Positions 50,401 through 61,453 of a stretch of 64,000 nt of DNA are shown piece by piece. A program made the position numbers and the translations under genes. Within the stretch, counting starts at the first letter, position 1. Every line of letters starts with the position of its first letter. Below the pieces are notes generated by a model. That model did not search any database and was not told where the DNA came from. It saw only the letters and a list, made by a program, of their open reading frames with translations. The stretch comes from Spirulina sp. (lineage in GTDB: Bacteria; Cyanobacteriota; Cyanobacteriia; Phormidesmidales; Phormidesmidaceae). The stretch is taken from assembly GCA_044070495.1 (NCBI GenBank), contig JBIPSI010000015.1, positions 1-64,000 on the forward strand, given 5' to 3'.

Positions 50401-50702
50401 GCTCCCGAAAAATTCTCAGGCTGTTTGCTCCAGGCGGTGCCGCCCACCCACAGCCAACGCCCCGAAGGAAGGGCTTTTACCTGGCGCTGCATTCGGTTCA
50501 GCAGGGCCATCTCTTCGTCGGTGAGGTTGCCCAGTTCCTTCAGCCCCTCCAGGGTGCGGTCACAGACCTGATCCCAGGTTTCCCGTTGACCGGGCACCAC
50601 CTCGCCTCGACGGCTGTAGGTGCGATAGAACACCGGAAATGCGGCAGGTGCGGCTTCGGGAAACGGCCCTTGCTGCCGAATACGGGGGACTTCTTGAACC
50701 AT
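47412..50702 (-). CDS. nrdJ: Class II (B12-dependent) ribonucleotide reductase with intein
   Basis: PSGRWLW, YNCTS, VAGNIRRSA, NP|CGE split by the intein, TTVQPAGTKS and C-terminal GCDSDKC. Confidence 0.93.
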   Translation of the reverse strand: MVQEVPRIRQQGPFPEAAPAAFPVFYRTYSRRGEVVPGQRETWDQVCDRTLEGLKELGNLTDEEMALLNRMQRQVKALPSGRWLWVGGTAWSKQPENFSGAYNCTSTNVVDWRAFGLMMDLAMMGCGTGAILEPKYINQIPAIRNRLNVTMGGDIGTTPAADRREITEVAIDGNQVNIRVGDSRQGWVQSYQTLLELSTDERFTDTVEVTIDLSDVRPAGEKLKGFGGVANPIRLSLLYDRCANILNKALGRQLNSVECCLLIDEAAACVVAGNIRRSAGMRQFDSSDDLAAGAKDNLWQQDSEGNWRIDPERDVLRMANHTRVFHEKPSLQDCVDSVRKQFYSGEGAIQWAGEAKRRAGADDRYGLNPCVTADTWVHTGDGPRQVKELIGQQHSTYVNGELFSTTAEGFFYSGTKPVLKLSTAEGHNLRLTGNHKVLKVTAQTQKAQYTEWVEAETLQPGDRILLHNHRGLQPWDGQGTREAGWLLGNLVGDGSLAKTQWNDSALLRFWGESQEAMSEHAIALLQTTVGYERRTAAAHYHRQLKHRVVNSAGLASLAAEFGLAPGHKVITTAVEQGSYEFYQGFLQGLFDADGSVQGSQAKGISVRLAQSNLANLQAVQRMLGRLGIVSTLYQERRTEGYRDLPDANREPAPYFCQTQHELVIANDNLQVFAELIGFQEPAKAAKLAEVLGQYKRRPNRERFTATVSSVVPDGVEAVYDCTVPGPARFDANGLVAHNCGEILGSNFHCNLSEVHLNQLDPSNLQDQEDAFTAAALSVAVLLNHQFNEPRYQQSRLEDPIVGVSFTGLFDFFVQAFGVDWLRWWEAGRPDTMQGLEFKQKEQAYLSRWKDIVHRVVWDYCDRHGLKRPNRCTTVQPAGTKSLLTGASPGWHPPKAQRFLRRITFRKNDPVAMACIDYGYSVVPSQSDKDENGNLLNDPFDPRCTEWLVEIPVEVPWANLPGADEIAIEKFTAAAQFDFYMQVQKHYTTHNTSATIEFREPELEVLGERIYQAIQNDEGYISAALLARFDDLQTFPRLPFEPIDKATYEAESQKVEARRGTADFHSALALYDAGDLIEAGPAGCDSDKCMMPEQKPE
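48489..49595 (-). mobile_element. Intein with LAGLIDADG homing endonuclease (369 aa)
   Basis: Starts CVTADT and ends LVAHN before Cys; LLGNLVGDG and FLQGLFDADG motifs. Confidence 0.93.
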
Positions 50703-50897
50703 GGGAGTAGCCTTTTGGGGGTGGATTAACACGCTATGACCAGTGACTCATCATAGCGAATAATCCTCGGATATAGCGTGTCCCCACGATACAGAACCCT
50801 ACATGACGCTAAATCTAGCCCTTGCCAGCAGCACTATACGGGCGCACCGCAGTGCGCCCCAACCCTCGACTCTGATCCCATCCCCATCCCCTAGTCC

Positions 50898-51629
50898 CTA
50901 GACTCCCTGGGGCGTTTCTTGCCAGAGTTGGGTGGTTTGGCGCAGGCTGCGGTAGTCGCCGTTGCCGATGATCAAGTGGTCGAGGACGGGGGTGGCGAGG
51001 ATTTGTGCACCCTGGAGCAGTTGGCGGGTGAGGGAAAGGTCTTCAGGACTGGGGTCGAGGTTGCCGCTGGGGTGGTTGTGGGCGACGATGCAGCGCACCG
51101 CTCCGTGGCGGATCACTTCTTTGAAGATTTCGCGGGGGTGGGCGAGGGTTTCGGTGGCGGTGCCGATGGTGATCACTTTGGTGCCCAGCAGGCGGTGGCG
51201 GATATCCAAAAGCACCACGGCGAAGCGTTCCTGGGTTTGCCACATCAGGTCGTGGCTGAGGGCGGCGGCGGCAATGGCGGGGTCGTCTACCACGGTTTTT
51301 TCGGGGGGGATGGCCTGGAGGACTCGTTTACCCAGTTCGATGGCGGCGATGATGGTGGTTGCTTTGGCAGGGCCAACCCCGGAGATTTTTGTGAGGTCGT
51401 GGGCGGTCATGTCGCGCATGGCGGAGAGGGGATCCCGCTGGCTTTGGCCCATCTCCTGCAAAATTAACTGTCCTAGACCCACCGCCGAAAGTTTGCCGGG
51501 GCCTTGCCCGGTTCCCAGTAAAATAGCGAGTAGTTCTGCTGTGGATAGGCTTTTGGAGCCGTAGGACAACAGCCGCTCGCGAGGGCGGTCGCTGGACGGC
51601 ATATCCAATACTCGAACGTGGTAAGTCAT
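50898..51629 (-). CDS. radC: RadC (JAB domain) protein
   Basis: RPRERL, HPREIF, AHNHPSG and LDHLII. Confidence 0.93.
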   Translation of the reverse strand: MTYHVRVLDMPSSDRPRERLLSYGSKSLSTAELLAILLGTGQGPGKLSAVGLGQLILQEMGQSQRDPLSAMRDMTAHDLTKISGVGPAKATTIIAAIELGKRVLQAIPPEKTVVDDPAIAAAALSHDLMWQTQERFAVVLLDIRHRLLGTKVITIGTATETLAHPREIFKEVIRHGAVRCIVAHNHPSGNLDPSPEDLSLTRQLLQGAQILATPVLDHLIIGNGDYRSLRQTTQLWQETPQGV

Positions 51630-51946
51630 ACTGAAGTGCACCTCTGATCCCTAGACCATGGGTGTTATGGCCCAAGGGTAGTCAGCCCAGATCCAGGGTT
51701 CAGGTCACCATTCAGGGGTTGAGGTTACGCCAATTGGCTAGCCTAATACCAAATCCGAATAGAAAACCCCCTAAACGAATTGAGGCTTCGACAAGCTCAG
51801 CCGGAGCGGGATCAGCATTTGAATCGGGGGTAACAACCAGGATTTGGTATAAAGCGTTATCTCGTCCGATTTACCGCTATTGAGACAACGACCAATTTGC
51901 ACGTCTTAGTGATTCATCTACCCCAGTTTCCATTACCGAGGACGCC

Positions 51947-52372
51947 ATGGTTGCCCCTGACCCCACCGCCACCGATATCACCGCGATTCGTAAGCGATTG
52001 AATCAATTTAGCTGCCTTAGAACGCCCCCCGAACTCAGCCCAGCGGAACGGGATCAGGTGTGCCAAGATTTGGCCACCTTCAACGATCTTTCCGATTACC
52101 AAACTCTGGGAATTTGTGCGGGTTCTTTAACCGAGGCCAAGACGGCAATGGAGGCATTTTTGAAGGCGTTAGGGGTCACCGTCAACTTAGATTTGCCCGC
52201 ACGGGAAGGGGCTGTTTACCTCAAGTTCAATACCCTCAAAGGGGCTTGGTATTTAGATGATTACAGCGGCCAGTCTCGCGGCGTGTTGATTACCTTCCAC
52301 AGTTCCGAACCCGAATACGAGGAACTGGTGGGCACCTACGGGCCTTTTTCCTTTAATCTGTTCGACGCTTAG
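51947..52372 (+). CDS. DUF1824-like protein
   Basis: SDYQTLGICA...VYLKFN...RGVLI. Confidence 0.75.
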   Translation: MVAPDPTATDITAIRKRLNQFSCLRTPPELSPAERDQVCQDLATFNDLSDYQTLGICAGSLTEAKTAMEAFLKALGVTVNLDLPAREGAVYLKFNTLKGAWYLDDYSGQSRGVLITFHSSEPEYEELVGTYGPFSFNLFDA

Positions 52373-52400
52373 CAGGGTTGAACGGCCTAGGGGCGCACAA

Positions 52401-53573
52401 TTAGGGGTGCACAATGCCGATCTCCACCCGCTGATTACGGGCCTCGGTGCCGGGGGCATCCCCCACCGCCAGGGGTCGAGTTTTGCCATAGCCCAGGGCC
52501 AGCCAGCGGCTATTGGTGTCCTCCAGTTGGGACGCTAGGTAAGCCTGCACCGCCAGCGATTGCTGAAAGGTCAACTGACGGGCTTCTTCGGCCCCCAGAT
52601 CGCCATCGGTGTGGCTACCCACTAAAAAGGTGACGGCCCCGTAGCGGCGTAGATCGGGCACGATGGCATCCAGCAGTTGTTGTCCGGCGGGGGTAAGCAG
52701 GCTGCCACCGGGTTCAAACAGCAGGGCGCTGGGCAGGGCAATCCGATCACTCACCAGGGGAAAGGGTGGCTCAGTATGGGGGGCGGCGGCATGACGACCT
52801 AGGCCATCGTTATCGGGCGGAGTCGTGGTTTCTGGCGTTGCTGGGTCAGCGGTGGTTGGATCGGGCGTTGCTTCACCAGTTGTTTCTGCGCCAGTCGTCC
52901 CTTCGTCAGCGGGGTCTGCGTCAGGATTTTCCCCATCGGGATTAGTCTCCGTCGCAGCATCAGGGGATGACTCCGTGGGGGCACCGTCGGCAATGGTCGG
53001 TTCTGGTTCCTGGGATGTGGCGGCTTGCTGGGCCAGTTGTTGCAGACGATCCGACAAGTCCCCCGTTCCCGTTTGGCCTGTTTGCTGCTCTAGTTCGGTG
53101 AGTCGATTCTCTAGACGGGTCAACTCCTGCTGAAGGGCGACCACCTCCTGGCTGAGGGCGGAGGGGATAGGTGGGGTGTCCTCTGGGGCTACGGTTTGGG
53201 TATCAGCAGGATCCGTGGGCGCATTGGGCACTGGAGCCACGGTCGTTTCTGTCCCCTGCCACCACTGGGGCAACTGTCGCACCTTACGCACCGTTTGGCT
53301 GGTTTGCCGCATTACCCGTTCCTGAATGGGGGGATTGGGGTTCCGGGAGGGCCACACCTGGGCCACTAGCAGGCCAGCAATCCAGCCTATGCTGATGCTC
53401 ATCCCCAAAATCAGCAGCCGTACTATCAGCGTCCACAACCGCTGAAGCAAACCAGGGGGGGACGGTTCTGGCGGGGGCGGGGCAGGCGTAGGGCTACCCT
53501 GGGCCGCCGCTGCACTGGGTGTCGATGGGGTCGGATCGGTGGCAGGTCGCGAGGTCTCGGAGGAATCGGTCAT
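52401..53573 (-). CDS. OmpA/MotB C-terminal domain membrane protein
   Basis: TM segment, coiled coil, acidic linker, GSHTD, GYGKTRP and RNQRVEI. Confidence 0.85.
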   Translation of the reverse strand: MTDSSETSRPATDPTPSTPSAAAAQGSPTPAPPPPEPSPPGLLQRLWTLIVRLLILGMSISIGWIAGLLVAQVWPSRNPNPPIQERVMRQTSQTVRKVRQLPQWWQGTETTVAPVPNAPTDPADTQTVAPEDTPPIPSALSQEVVALQQELTRLENRLTELEQQTGQTGTGDLSDRLQQLAQQAATSQEPEPTIADGAPTESSPDAATETNPDGENPDADPADEGTTGAETTGEATPDPTTADPATPETTTPPDNDGLGRHAAAPHTEPPFPLVSDRIALPSALLFEPGGSLLTPAGQQLLDAIVPDLRRYGAVTFLVGSHTDGDLGAEEARQLTFQQSLAVQAYLASQLEDTNSRWLALGYGKTRPLAVGDAPGTEARNQRVEIGIVHP

Positions 53574-53686
53574 ACCAGGGGGATCGGGTTGCAGCATGAA
53601 ACAGCTTAGCAAATGCCCTTCCCAGAATTTCCCTGGATTAGCGGTAGGGTAAACACCGCCCACCATCCCACAACCAAAGCCGATAC

Positions 53687-55213
53687 CTACTGGGGCCAGC
53701 CATCCCAGGGGCTGACTTCAATCACGCCATTGGAGGTGAAAACCACGCGAAAGTCGGCCTGATCTTCACTGGCGGCACGGGAGGAAACTAGGCTGGGTAG
53801 GGGGGTATCCTCGGCCAGCAGCAGGGCGTCGGTGTTAATGGCTTCGTAGCCTACCACGTTGCCCTCGGCATCCAACCGCACCTGATAGATCAAATCAGCG
53901 CTGGGGTTCGGCAGGTCGCTCTCGCTGAGCCGCGCCCGTAGATCTTGGTTCAGGCGGCGGATGCGATCTCCATTGGTGATTTTGTTGTCCAGGGTTTCTA
54001 GGGTTTGGGGGGCGCTATCCAATGCCGACCGGGGCTGGTTGCCTGCGGTCTCGGTTGACGCTGAATCGGCCTGATTAACTTCATCCTCCCCGTCATCGGT
54101 GGCGGCATTCTCTGGATTTCCATCCTCAGCGGGATCCCCCTCAGAACCTTCCGCCGCCTCGGTGGCGTTGTCTTCGGCAGTCGAGGGTTCGTCGGTGGAA
54201 CTGTCCTCAGCGGCCTGCCGTTCGTCCTCGGTGGCCAGGGCAGGATCCCAAACCTCTACCTCTACTTGGCCATCGGGGGTGAAGCGGGCGAGGAACTGGG
54301 CCACCGCCTGCCGAGGGGCTTCAGCATCCACCGCAGGCACGGCGAGACGCGCCAGGGGAGTGCTGTCCACAGCCTCTAGGGCAGCATCGTTTTCGTACTT
54401 GTAGCCTAGGACATCCCCGGTTTCTGAGACCACGACTCGGTAGATCAAGATGTCGCTGGGGGCGTTATCGGTAGACCAGCCCTCCTGTAACCGCTGCCGC
54501 AGTTGTCGCCGCAGGGTCGTCAGGGTTACCGCATCGGTGATGGCGGGGGAATCTGCCCAGGTGTCTGCCCCCTCGGCTGCGGCCTCAGCATCCAGAACCT
54601 CGGAGGTTTCACCACCGCGCTCAATGCGGCTGGGATCAAATTCGGGCGGGGGCACAAAGAACAGGGCCAACCCCGCCGCCACGAGGGCTGCGGCTCCTAC
54701 CACGGCGGGGGCCGACCGCTTGGCCATGGGTTCAGCGGGTTTCACCAGACGACGCGACACCGCCTGGAACTGGGCCTTCAGGTCGGGTAGGGTTTGGCTG
54801 TCGGCCAAGAGTTGATCCACGGCCTCCATCAGGTCGTAGAACTGCACCGTGGTCAGCGGAATATCCAACGGAGCCAAAGCCTCGGCCTCAACGGTGGGTT
54901 CGCCTCCGGGCTGCTGGCGCACAATCAGGTGATGCACGGAGCCTTCCCCCGGCTTCACATCCACCAGGGGTGCGTTGGCCGACGTAGGGCGGGGCACACC
55001 GCTGAGTAACTGCTGCCCGTAGGCGCTAACGGCGGCCACTAGGCCATCTAAAAACTCGCGCCCCCCGGTGAGGGTGGTATCGGTCACGCCCGGAAACTGG
55101 CATTCGGCGTTCATCAACACCGTCATAGGGGAGTAGGGATCGGTGGCAACGGATTCGATCCCCTCTAGCACCAGGTTGCAGTAGGGCAGGGTGTACTGAC
55201 GTTTAACGGTCAT
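53687..55213 (-). CDS. DUF4335 domain protein
   Basis: RQYTLPYCNLVLEG, GGREFL and TVQFYDL; duplicated C-terminal domain. Confidence 0.8.
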   Translation of the reverse strand: MTVKRQYTLPYCNLVLEGIESVATDPYSPMTVLMNAECQFPGVTDTTLTGGREFLDGLVAAVSAYGQQLLSGVPRPTSANAPLVDVKPGEGSVHHLIVRQQPGGEPTVEAEALAPLDIPLTTVQFYDLMEAVDQLLADSQTLPDLKAQFQAVSRRLVKPAEPMAKRSAPAVVGAAALVAAGLALFFVPPPEFDPSRIERGGETSEVLDAEAAAEGADTWADSPAITDAVTLTTLRRQLRQRLQEGWSTDNAPSDILIYRVVVSETGDVLGYKYENDAALEAVDSTPLARLAVPAVDAEAPRQAVAQFLARFTPDGQVEVEVWDPALATEDERQAAEDSSTDEPSTAEDNATEAAEGSEGDPAEDGNPENAATDDGEDEVNQADSASTETAGNQPRSALDSAPQTLETLDNKITNGDRIRRLNQDLRARLSESDLPNPSADLIYQVRLDAEGNVVGYEAINTDALLLAEDTPLPSLVSSRAASEDQADFRVVFTSNGVIEVSPWDGWPQ

Positions 55214-55815
55214 ACCACCTCTCCATCAAACAAACTACTCCACAGCCGCTGGGTGCCCAAAATGCCGGAGCAGAGCAGCAATTGTTCCAACAACTGCATG
55301 GCCAATTCATCCAGCCGCTCGTCGGTGCTGTAAACAATCACCCCGGCCCGACGCGGGTTCATGCGGGCGCGGAAGTGGGTGCGAAAGCGCTGGAGATAGT
55401 CGGCCAGCCGCAGATGATGATCGAGGGACAGCCCCCGGTCGCGCAACTGCTGATAGCCCGTGAGCAACTGCCGCATCAGCACCGTCAACCGTCGCGCTAG
55501 GTTACCAATGATGGCCACCATGGCCTTGGCTTCCTCTAGGGTCATGGGCCGACGCTGGCTGTAGCGGCGCATGGGATTGGTGCTACGCAGCAGCCACAGG
55601 TTCACCCGCCCCTTGACCACGGGATCCAAGCCCAGGTCTTGGGCCACCGCCAACATGGCTTCACTGCCACCCAAATCCAGCGCTTCAATGGCAAGCAGCA
55701 TCAGGTCAATCTGGGTGCGGGCGCGGCGGGGACATTCTTGGCTGGGCAACTCTGGGGTTGGCAGCGTGTCCAACATGAGGGGTAATGAGGATCCTGGCGG
55801 GCTATCTACTGGCAT
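55210..55815 (-). CDS. DUF3038 domain protein
   Basis: IDLMLLAIEAL...RLWSSLFDG; coupled to the DUF4335 gene. Confidence 0.8.
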   Translation of the reverse strand: MPVDSPPGSSLPLMLDTLPTPELPSQECPRRARTQIDLMLLAIEALDLGGSEAMLAVAQDLGLDPVVKGRVNLWLLRSTNPMRRYSQRRPMTLEEAKAMVAIIGNLARRLTVLMRQLLTGYQQLRDRGLSLDHHLRLADYLQRFRTHFRARMNPRRAGVIVYSTDERLDELAMQLLEQLLLCSGILGTQRLWSSLFDGEVV

Positions 55816-56146
55816 TCAGGTTTGCTCTGCACGTTACTTGAGTGAACTTAAGGAACACGTTAACCCGCCCACGGCATCGACACCGGACGGCTTAGCCCAA
55901 GGCTGTCAGCCAGCATTGTATCAAAACACGGTTTATCCCATAGCGCTGGGGTGATGGCTATCCTCAAACCTGGCTTATATCCAACCGCCCTACCATGGAC
56001 GTAACTACCCTCTCCAGGTTCCAAGGGGCATCGACCCATCTGCACGTAGAACAAATCCTGGCAATACCGATCCACAGATGTCCTAGGAAGCTTGATCCGG
56101 GGCAAAACTAGTGCCTCTGCCTTGCCCTCGGATGAACCAATCCTGG

Positions 56147-58603
56147 CTAGTTACCCGCTTGACTGCCCATCGCCTCGATGTACCACTGGCCATCCTGGCG
56201 GACGAGGGTGTATTCCATGGTGAGGCGGTCATCGTAGGAGGCCGTGGTATTTTCAACGCCATACTCAAATAGCCGAGCCGTTTCCTGTACCTCCGCCACC
56301 ACCTGAAGCCGATCCGCCGTGGGATCGTCGGGGGTGACGGACTGCACCTCAACGGCGTGCTCGTATTCCCAGTACCAATTTTCCTGGGGGGCAGCGGCGG
56401 CTCGACGTTGCCATTGGTTTAGCACGGGGCCAGTCAGGATCTCCGACAGGCCATCGGCCCGATAGTCTTGCCCCATGGCGGCTCGCTTGGTTTCTAGCCA
56501 GGTTTCAATCACCTGCTGGGCCATGCTGGCCACCCCAATCTGTTCATCGGGGCCGGGGGCGCTGGGAATCTCCACAGCGGGTTCCGCCAGGCTGAGTTCC
56601 AGCGGTCGGCCCTCCAGCCTAGGGCCTGCCATGGCCCCCGTCAGCCAGCCTACGGTGCGAGCCGTCGCAAATCCCAAGGCTCCCAAGCTGGCCAACCCCA
56701 CGAGTCCCACCAAGGCCAGCCGTCCCCAGCGGGGGGAAGACGACCGACGCGGGATAGGGTCAACCTGAGTCACCGTGGCCGAGGGATCCTCAGCCGTGAG
56801 GGCTAAGGCCGCCGCTGTGCTGGGCTTGGGTGGTTTAGACCGGGACGGCTTAGGGGGCGGGGAAGACGGCGGGGCCTTGGTGGAGGGCTGCAACTGACCG
56901 TCGGGGGAAAGCTGCGCCACACGCTCGGCCACGGAGGGTTCTCGATCCGTCGAGACAGACACCCGCTGGGCTGGGCTGGGGGAGGGAGAAACCGCAACCC
57001 TCGTCGGAGACGGATTGGCGGGCACCGCCCCCACCGAGGCCGCACCAACGGCCTTGACCACGGGGCGCGAACGACCATTGCGGGATGCCGGAACTGCGGC
57101 CCCCGCCGGACTGTGGCCATTGCGACTGTGGGCAGCGGTGGCAGGGGCACTAAACCCGTTCGTGGTAGGGGGCGGGACTGTACGGCTAGGGGACGTTGGG
57201 GTGGTTAGGGAAGGCGCATGGATGGGCAGAGAACCCTCCACCGTGGGGATGCCCGATCCAGCCTCGGCGGCGTCACGGCCTTCCCAGGCGGTTTCTGGCC
57301 CCGGCACCATCGCCTCCAGGTAGCTCTGAACTTGGGGATCGGCAAAGTAGTCCTTGAGCGTGGCCTCTTGATCTTTGAAATCCCGGAAATGGGGGAACAG
57401 TTCGTCCTTCAGCCAGCGCTCGGTGTAGAGACACAGACCGGGCAATAAATCGGGGGAATTGCGGGAATGTTCCCGGATGTAGGCCAAAGGTTCGTACTCT
57501 TGGCTGAACTCTAGGGCGCGGTTGGCCTCCTCGGTTTGGCCCAACAGCATGGCGCACACCGCCTGCTCCAAATGCACATCCTGCTGACTGGCGAGGCCCA
57601 TCAACAACTGCTTGGCACGGCGCACTAGGGCAGGTTGATGACGGGCAAACCCCCGTGCCAGCAGGGCATACACCGTTAAATAGGTGGCCACCGGGGAGGG
57701 CCGACGGGCCTCATGCTCGAATAATTCCTGCTGCTCGGAGGCGGTTAGATAATCCCGCAACTGCTGGATGAAACGCAGAAAATCGTCAATCCCCAGCCCT
57801 GAAAGGTCGTCTTCGGTACCCTCAATGCCGCCCCGATCCTCCAGCATGGATTTCAGGAGTTTCAATCCCTGCCGCCGTTCGCGGGTTTGATCCAGGGGGC
57901 GAGCCAGCAATTCTAGAATGCGGTAGGGACGAAGTTTGTAGAGTTCCGTCTGAATTTCAGCCCGCAACGTCGGAAAGCGATTTTCCTTAGCCAGCAGTTC
58001 ATGGCCCGTTTCTAAGGATTCCGCCGCCGTTTCGTACTGCCGCTGCTGCCACTGTTCGCGTCCCAGTTCCAGGCAGGCTAGGGCCAGGGTGAGCACCACA
58101 TCTCCCTGCACTAGAGTTGGGTCGCCAAGCTGGCCGTCGGCAAGGCTACCGCTGCCGCTGCTGAGGTAGGGCCGCCCCAGGTGAATCACTTGCTCATACT
58201 CACCCAGTTCCAGCAAAATCAGCAGCGCCCCTGCAAACTGATCCGGCTCAATTTCGATCTGGTTACCCGCTGCTTCCCCGGCCCCAGGCTCGGTGGCTAA
58301 GGAACGCAGCGCCGCTTCTCCTAAGTCAGAGCGAACCTCTAACCCCGCCGCTGGACTAGCCTCTAGGGCCGAATCAGCATAGGCGTAGGCCAAAAAACGG
58401 CTGTCGTAGTCGCGGCGATGGTTGGGATCGGACAACACCCCGTAGGCGTCGTCAATGAGCTGCTTTCGGGCCGCAATAGCCACCTCCGAAAACTCGCGCC
58501 GAGGAAGCTGCACACCCCGATCTCGGTGGGCTTGCTGGAGCTGATCAGCCGTGGCCTGGATCGGTAATCCTAGAATTCGGTAATAATCTAATGGAACGTG
58601 CAC
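56147..58603 (-). CDS. ftn2: Cell division protein Ftn2/ZipN (ARC6 family)
   Basis: N-terminal J-like PLDYYRILG, KLRPYRILELL, a TM segment and a C-terminal IMS/DUF4101 domain. Confidence 0.9.
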   Translation of the reverse strand: MHVPLDYYRILGLPIQATADQLQQAHRDRGVQLPRREFSEVAIAARKQLIDDAYGVLSDPNHRRDYDSRFLAYAYADSALEASPAAGLEVRSDLGEAALRSLATEPGAGEAAGNQIEIEPDQFAGALLILLELGEYEQVIHLGRPYLSSGSGSLADGQLGDPTLVQGDVVLTLALACLELGREQWQQRQYETAAESLETGHELLAKENRFPTLRAEIQTELYKLRPYRILELLARPLDQTRERRQGLKLLKSMLEDRGGIEGTEDDLSGLGIDDFLRFIQQLRDYLTASEQQELFEHEARRPSPVATYLTVYALLARGFARHQPALVRRAKQLLMGLASQQDVHLEQAVCAMLLGQTEEANRALEFSQEYEPLAYIREHSRNSPDLLPGLCLYTERWLKDELFPHFRDFKDQEATLKDYFADPQVQSYLEAMVPGPETAWEGRDAAEAGSGIPTVEGSLPIHAPSLTTPTSPSRTVPPPTTNGFSAPATAAHSRNGHSPAGAAVPASRNGRSRPVVKAVGAASVGAVPANPSPTRVAVSPSPSPAQRVSVSTDREPSVAERVAQLSPDGQLQPSTKAPPSSPPPKPSRSKPPKPSTAAALALTAEDPSATVTQVDPIPRRSSSPRWGRLALVGLVGLASLGALGFATARTVGWLTGAMAGPRLEGRPLELSLAEPAVEIPSAPGPDEQIGVASMAQQVIETWLETKRAAMGQDYRADGLSEILTGPVLNQWQRRAAAAPQENWYWEYEHAVEVQSVTPDDPTADRLQVVAEVQETARLFEYGVENTTASYDDRLTMEYTLVRQDGQWYIEAMGSQAGN

Positions 58604-59104
58604 AGTTCATATTCCCCAGCAGCGAATTCACCCGAAATAGTATCGAAAAAGCCTAGATTGCGATCCCCTCAGCCTTACCTTTGCCCAGTCCCCCATTGCC
58701 CCTTCCACGCTGACTCGAAACACCCAAGACACCACAGTTTAGACCCAGCCTAGCGTGTCTAGCGCTTACATCTATTAAAATCCGAAGTTTATATCATAGG
58801 CTCCGAATAATAGCTAGGGGTGATCACCCCTCTTTTAGCCCTTTCCAGGGCACATCGTCAACTCAGCAGCAGGCCCCCAAGCCCCCATCCTAATCCTGGA
58901 TTTGCCGCCAGTCAGGCTGGCAAGGCTCGCTAAGCGTAGCCAAGGAACAGGCTGAATTTGCTTTTAATGCGGTTCCCCCATCGGTATGATAGGAGCAGTT
59001 TTGGGCATCCCCTGGGCGCTGGCCCTCGCTAGGCCACTTTGTGGGGGTACCTTTTTCGGTATATTCAAGTGTTGGACATCGCAGCGTAGGACCCAGCAAA
59101 ACCC

Positions 59105-60133
59105 ATGGTTCAAGAACGGACATTACCCCAGTTTCAGGCTCCAGCGGCTTCTATCTCTAGCGAGGAAGGGCTGAGGCTGTACGAAGACATGATTTTGGGT
59201 CGCTTCTTTGAAGACAAGTGCGCCGAAATGTACTATCGGGGCAAAATGTTTGGGTTTGTCCACCTCTATAACGGCCAGGAAGCGGTGTCCAGCGGGGTGA
59301 TCAAGTCCATGCGCCCCGACGACTACGTGTGCAGCACCTACCGCGACCACGTCCACGCCCTCAGTGCCGGGGTGCCCGCCCAGAATGTGATGGCCGAACT
59401 GTTCGGTAAGGAAACGGGCTGTAGCCGGGGCCGGGGTGGTTCCATGCACTTATTTTCTGGGGAACACAACTTGCTGGGGGGCTTTGCCTTCATCGGCGAA
59501 GGGATTCCCGTCGCCCTAGGAGCCGCCTTCCAAACCCACTACCGCCGCGTCGCCCTAGGGGATGCCAGTGCCGACCAAGTCACCGCCTGCTTCTTTGGCG
59601 ATGGCACCACCAACAACGGCCAATTTTTTGAATGCTTGAACATGGCGGCGCTGTGGAAGCTGCCGATTCTATTCGTGGTGGAAAACAACAAATGGGCGAT
59701 TGGCATGGCCCACGAACGCGCCACCTCCCAGCCGGAAATCTACAAAAAAGCCTCGGTGTTTGGAATGCCCGGATATGAAGTAGACGGCATGGATGTGATG
59801 GCGGTGCGCTCCATTGCCCAAGAAGCCGTGGCCCGTGCCCGCGCTGGCGAAGGCCCCACCCTGATCGAAGCTCTCACCTACCGCTTCCGGGGGCACTCCC
59901 TCGCCGACCCCGACGAACTGCGCTCCAAGGCCGAAAAAGAAGAATGGCTGGCCCGCGACCCCATCAAGCGCTTTGAAGCCTACCTGCTAGAGCAAAACCT
60001 CGCCGACGAAGCCACCCTAAAAGGCGTACGGAATCGCATCCAAACCACCATCGACGACGCCCTCACCTTTGCCGAAGAAAGCCCCGAACCCAGCCCCGAC
60101 GATCTGTACAAGTACATCTTCGCCGACAGCTAA
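59105..60133 (+). CDS. pdhA: Pyruvate dehydrogenase E1 alpha
   Basis: [20 protein letters not shown] motif and YRFRGHS. Confidence 0.96.
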   Translation: MVQERTLPQFQAPAASISSEEGLRLYEDMILGRFFEDKCAEMYYRGKMFGFVHLYNGQEAVSSGVIKSMRPDDYVCSTYRDHVHALSAGVPAQNVMAELFGKETGCSRGRGGSMHLFSGEHNLLGGFAFIGEGIPVALGAAFQTHYRRVALGDASADQVTACFFGDGTTNNGQFFECLNMAALWKLPILFVVENNKWAIGMAHERATSQPEIYKKASVFGMPGYEVDGMDVMAVRSIAQEAVARARAGEGPTLIEALTYRFRGHSLADPDELRSKAEKEEWLARDPIKRFEAYLLEQNLADEATLKGVRNRIQTTIDDALTFAEESPEPSPDDLYKYIFADS

Positions 60134-60139
60134 CCTCCC

Positions 60140-60239
60140 GTAGGGTAGGCAATGCCCACCTCTGAGCAGGCGTTTGGATTATGGGGGGCCGTGCCCACCC
60201 TACGATTATTGGATCATGGGGGGCCGTGCCCACCCTACG
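60140..60239. repeat. REP-like GTAG hairpin cluster
   Basis: GTAGGGTAGGCAATGCCCACC and two copies of ATGGGGG(G)CCGTGCCCACCCTACG. Confidence 0.65.
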
Positions 60240-60275
60240 TTTTTTTAACTTCACCCAAGCAACGACACCGAAACC

Positions 60276-61259
60276 ATGGCAGAAACTCTCCTATTTAACG
60301 CCCTGCGCGAGGCCATCGACGAAGAAATGGGCCGCGACGAAACCGTTTTTGTGCTGGGCGAAGATGTCGGCCAATACGGCGGTTCCTATAAGGTCACGAA
60401 AGACCTCTACGACAAGTACGGTGAATTTCGGGTGCTGGATACCCCCATCGCCGAAAACAGCTTTACCGGAATGGCCGTAGGTGCCGCGATGACCGGATTG
60501 CGACCCATCATCGAAGGCATGAACATGGGCTTTTTGCTGCTGGCCTTCAACCAAATTGCCAACAATGCCGGGATGCTGCGCTACACCTCCGGCGGCAACT
60601 TCAAAATTCCCATGGTGATCCGTGGCCCCGGTGGCGTGGGTCGGCAGCTAGGGGCCGAACATTCCCAGCGGCTCGAAGCCTATTTCCAAGCCGTACCTGG
60701 TCTCAAAATCGTGGCCTGCTCCACCCCCTACAACGCCAAGGGGCTGCTAAAATCCGCCATCCGCGACGACAATCCGGTGCTGTTCTTCGAGCACGTCCTC
60801 CTCTACAACCTGAAGGAAGACCTGCCCAACCACGAGTACCTGGTGCCCCTGGATAAGGCCGAAATCGTCCGCCCCGGCAAAGATGTCACCATCCTCACCT
60901 ATTCCCGGATGCGCCACCACGTCACCCAGGCGGTGAAGGGTTTAGTGGCCAAGGGCTTTGACCCAGAGGTGATCGACCTGATTTCCCTCAAGCCCCTAGA
61001 CTTTGAGACCATCGGCGCTTCCATCAAGAAAACCCACCGGGTGATCGTGGTGGAAGAATGTATGCGGACGGGCGGCATCGGTGCAGAAATCATCGCCTCC
61101 ATCAACGACCGTTTCTTTGACGAGCTAGATGCCCCGGTGCTGCGGCTGTCTTCCCAAGATATCCCCACCCCCTACAACGGCAAGCTAGAAAGCCTGACCA
61201 TCGTTCAACCCAAGCAAATCGAAGCCGCCGTTGAGAACATGCTGGCGCTGAAGGTTTAG
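60276..61259 (+). CDS. pdhB: Pyruvate dehydrogenase E1 beta
   Basis: [15 protein letters not shown] and GAEHSQ. Confidence 0.96.
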   Translation: MAETLLFNALREAIDEEMGRDETVFVLGEDVGQYGGSYKVTKDLYDKYGEFRVLDTPIAENSFTGMAVGAAMTGLRPIIEGMNMGFLLLAFNQIANNAGMLRYTSGGNFKIPMVIRGPGGVGRQLGAEHSQRLEAYFQAVPGLKIVACSTPYNAKGLLKSAIRDDNPVLFFEHVLLYNLKEDLPNHEYLVPLDKAEIVRPGKDVTILTYSRMRHHVTQAVKGLVAKGFDPEVIDLISLKPLDFETIGASIKKTHRVIVVEECMRTGGIGAEIIASINDRFFDELDAPVLRLSSQDIPTPYNGKLESLTIVQPKQIEAAVENMLALKV

Positions 61260-61344
61260 GCGCGGTTACGGCCCAGCCGTTGGCCCTCACCCCCAGGGAT
61301 GCTACCGCTGATCCGCAATCAGACCTATCCATACCAGCCTGAGG

Positions 61345-61453
61345 GATCCCCCTAAGTCCCCCTTAGAAAGGGGGACTTTGAAGCTAGTTCCTCCCTTTCT
61401 AAGGGGGACTTTGACTCCGGTTCCCCCCTTTCTAAGGGGGGCTAGGGGGGATC
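61345..61453. repeat. CCCCCTT..AAGGGGG hairpin repeat (core of the 23527/27254 MITE)
   Basis: GATCCCCCTAAGTCCCCCTT...GGGGGCTAGGGGGGATC. Confidence 0.75.

Noticed and set aside
50898..51629. radC as a mobile-element marker
   Set aside because: It is the full-length chromosomal type among housekeeping genes.
58604..59104. SRP RNA (ffs) between ftn2 and pdhA
   Set aside because: The conserved CAGG..GGAAG..AGCAG domain IV motif was not found on either strand.
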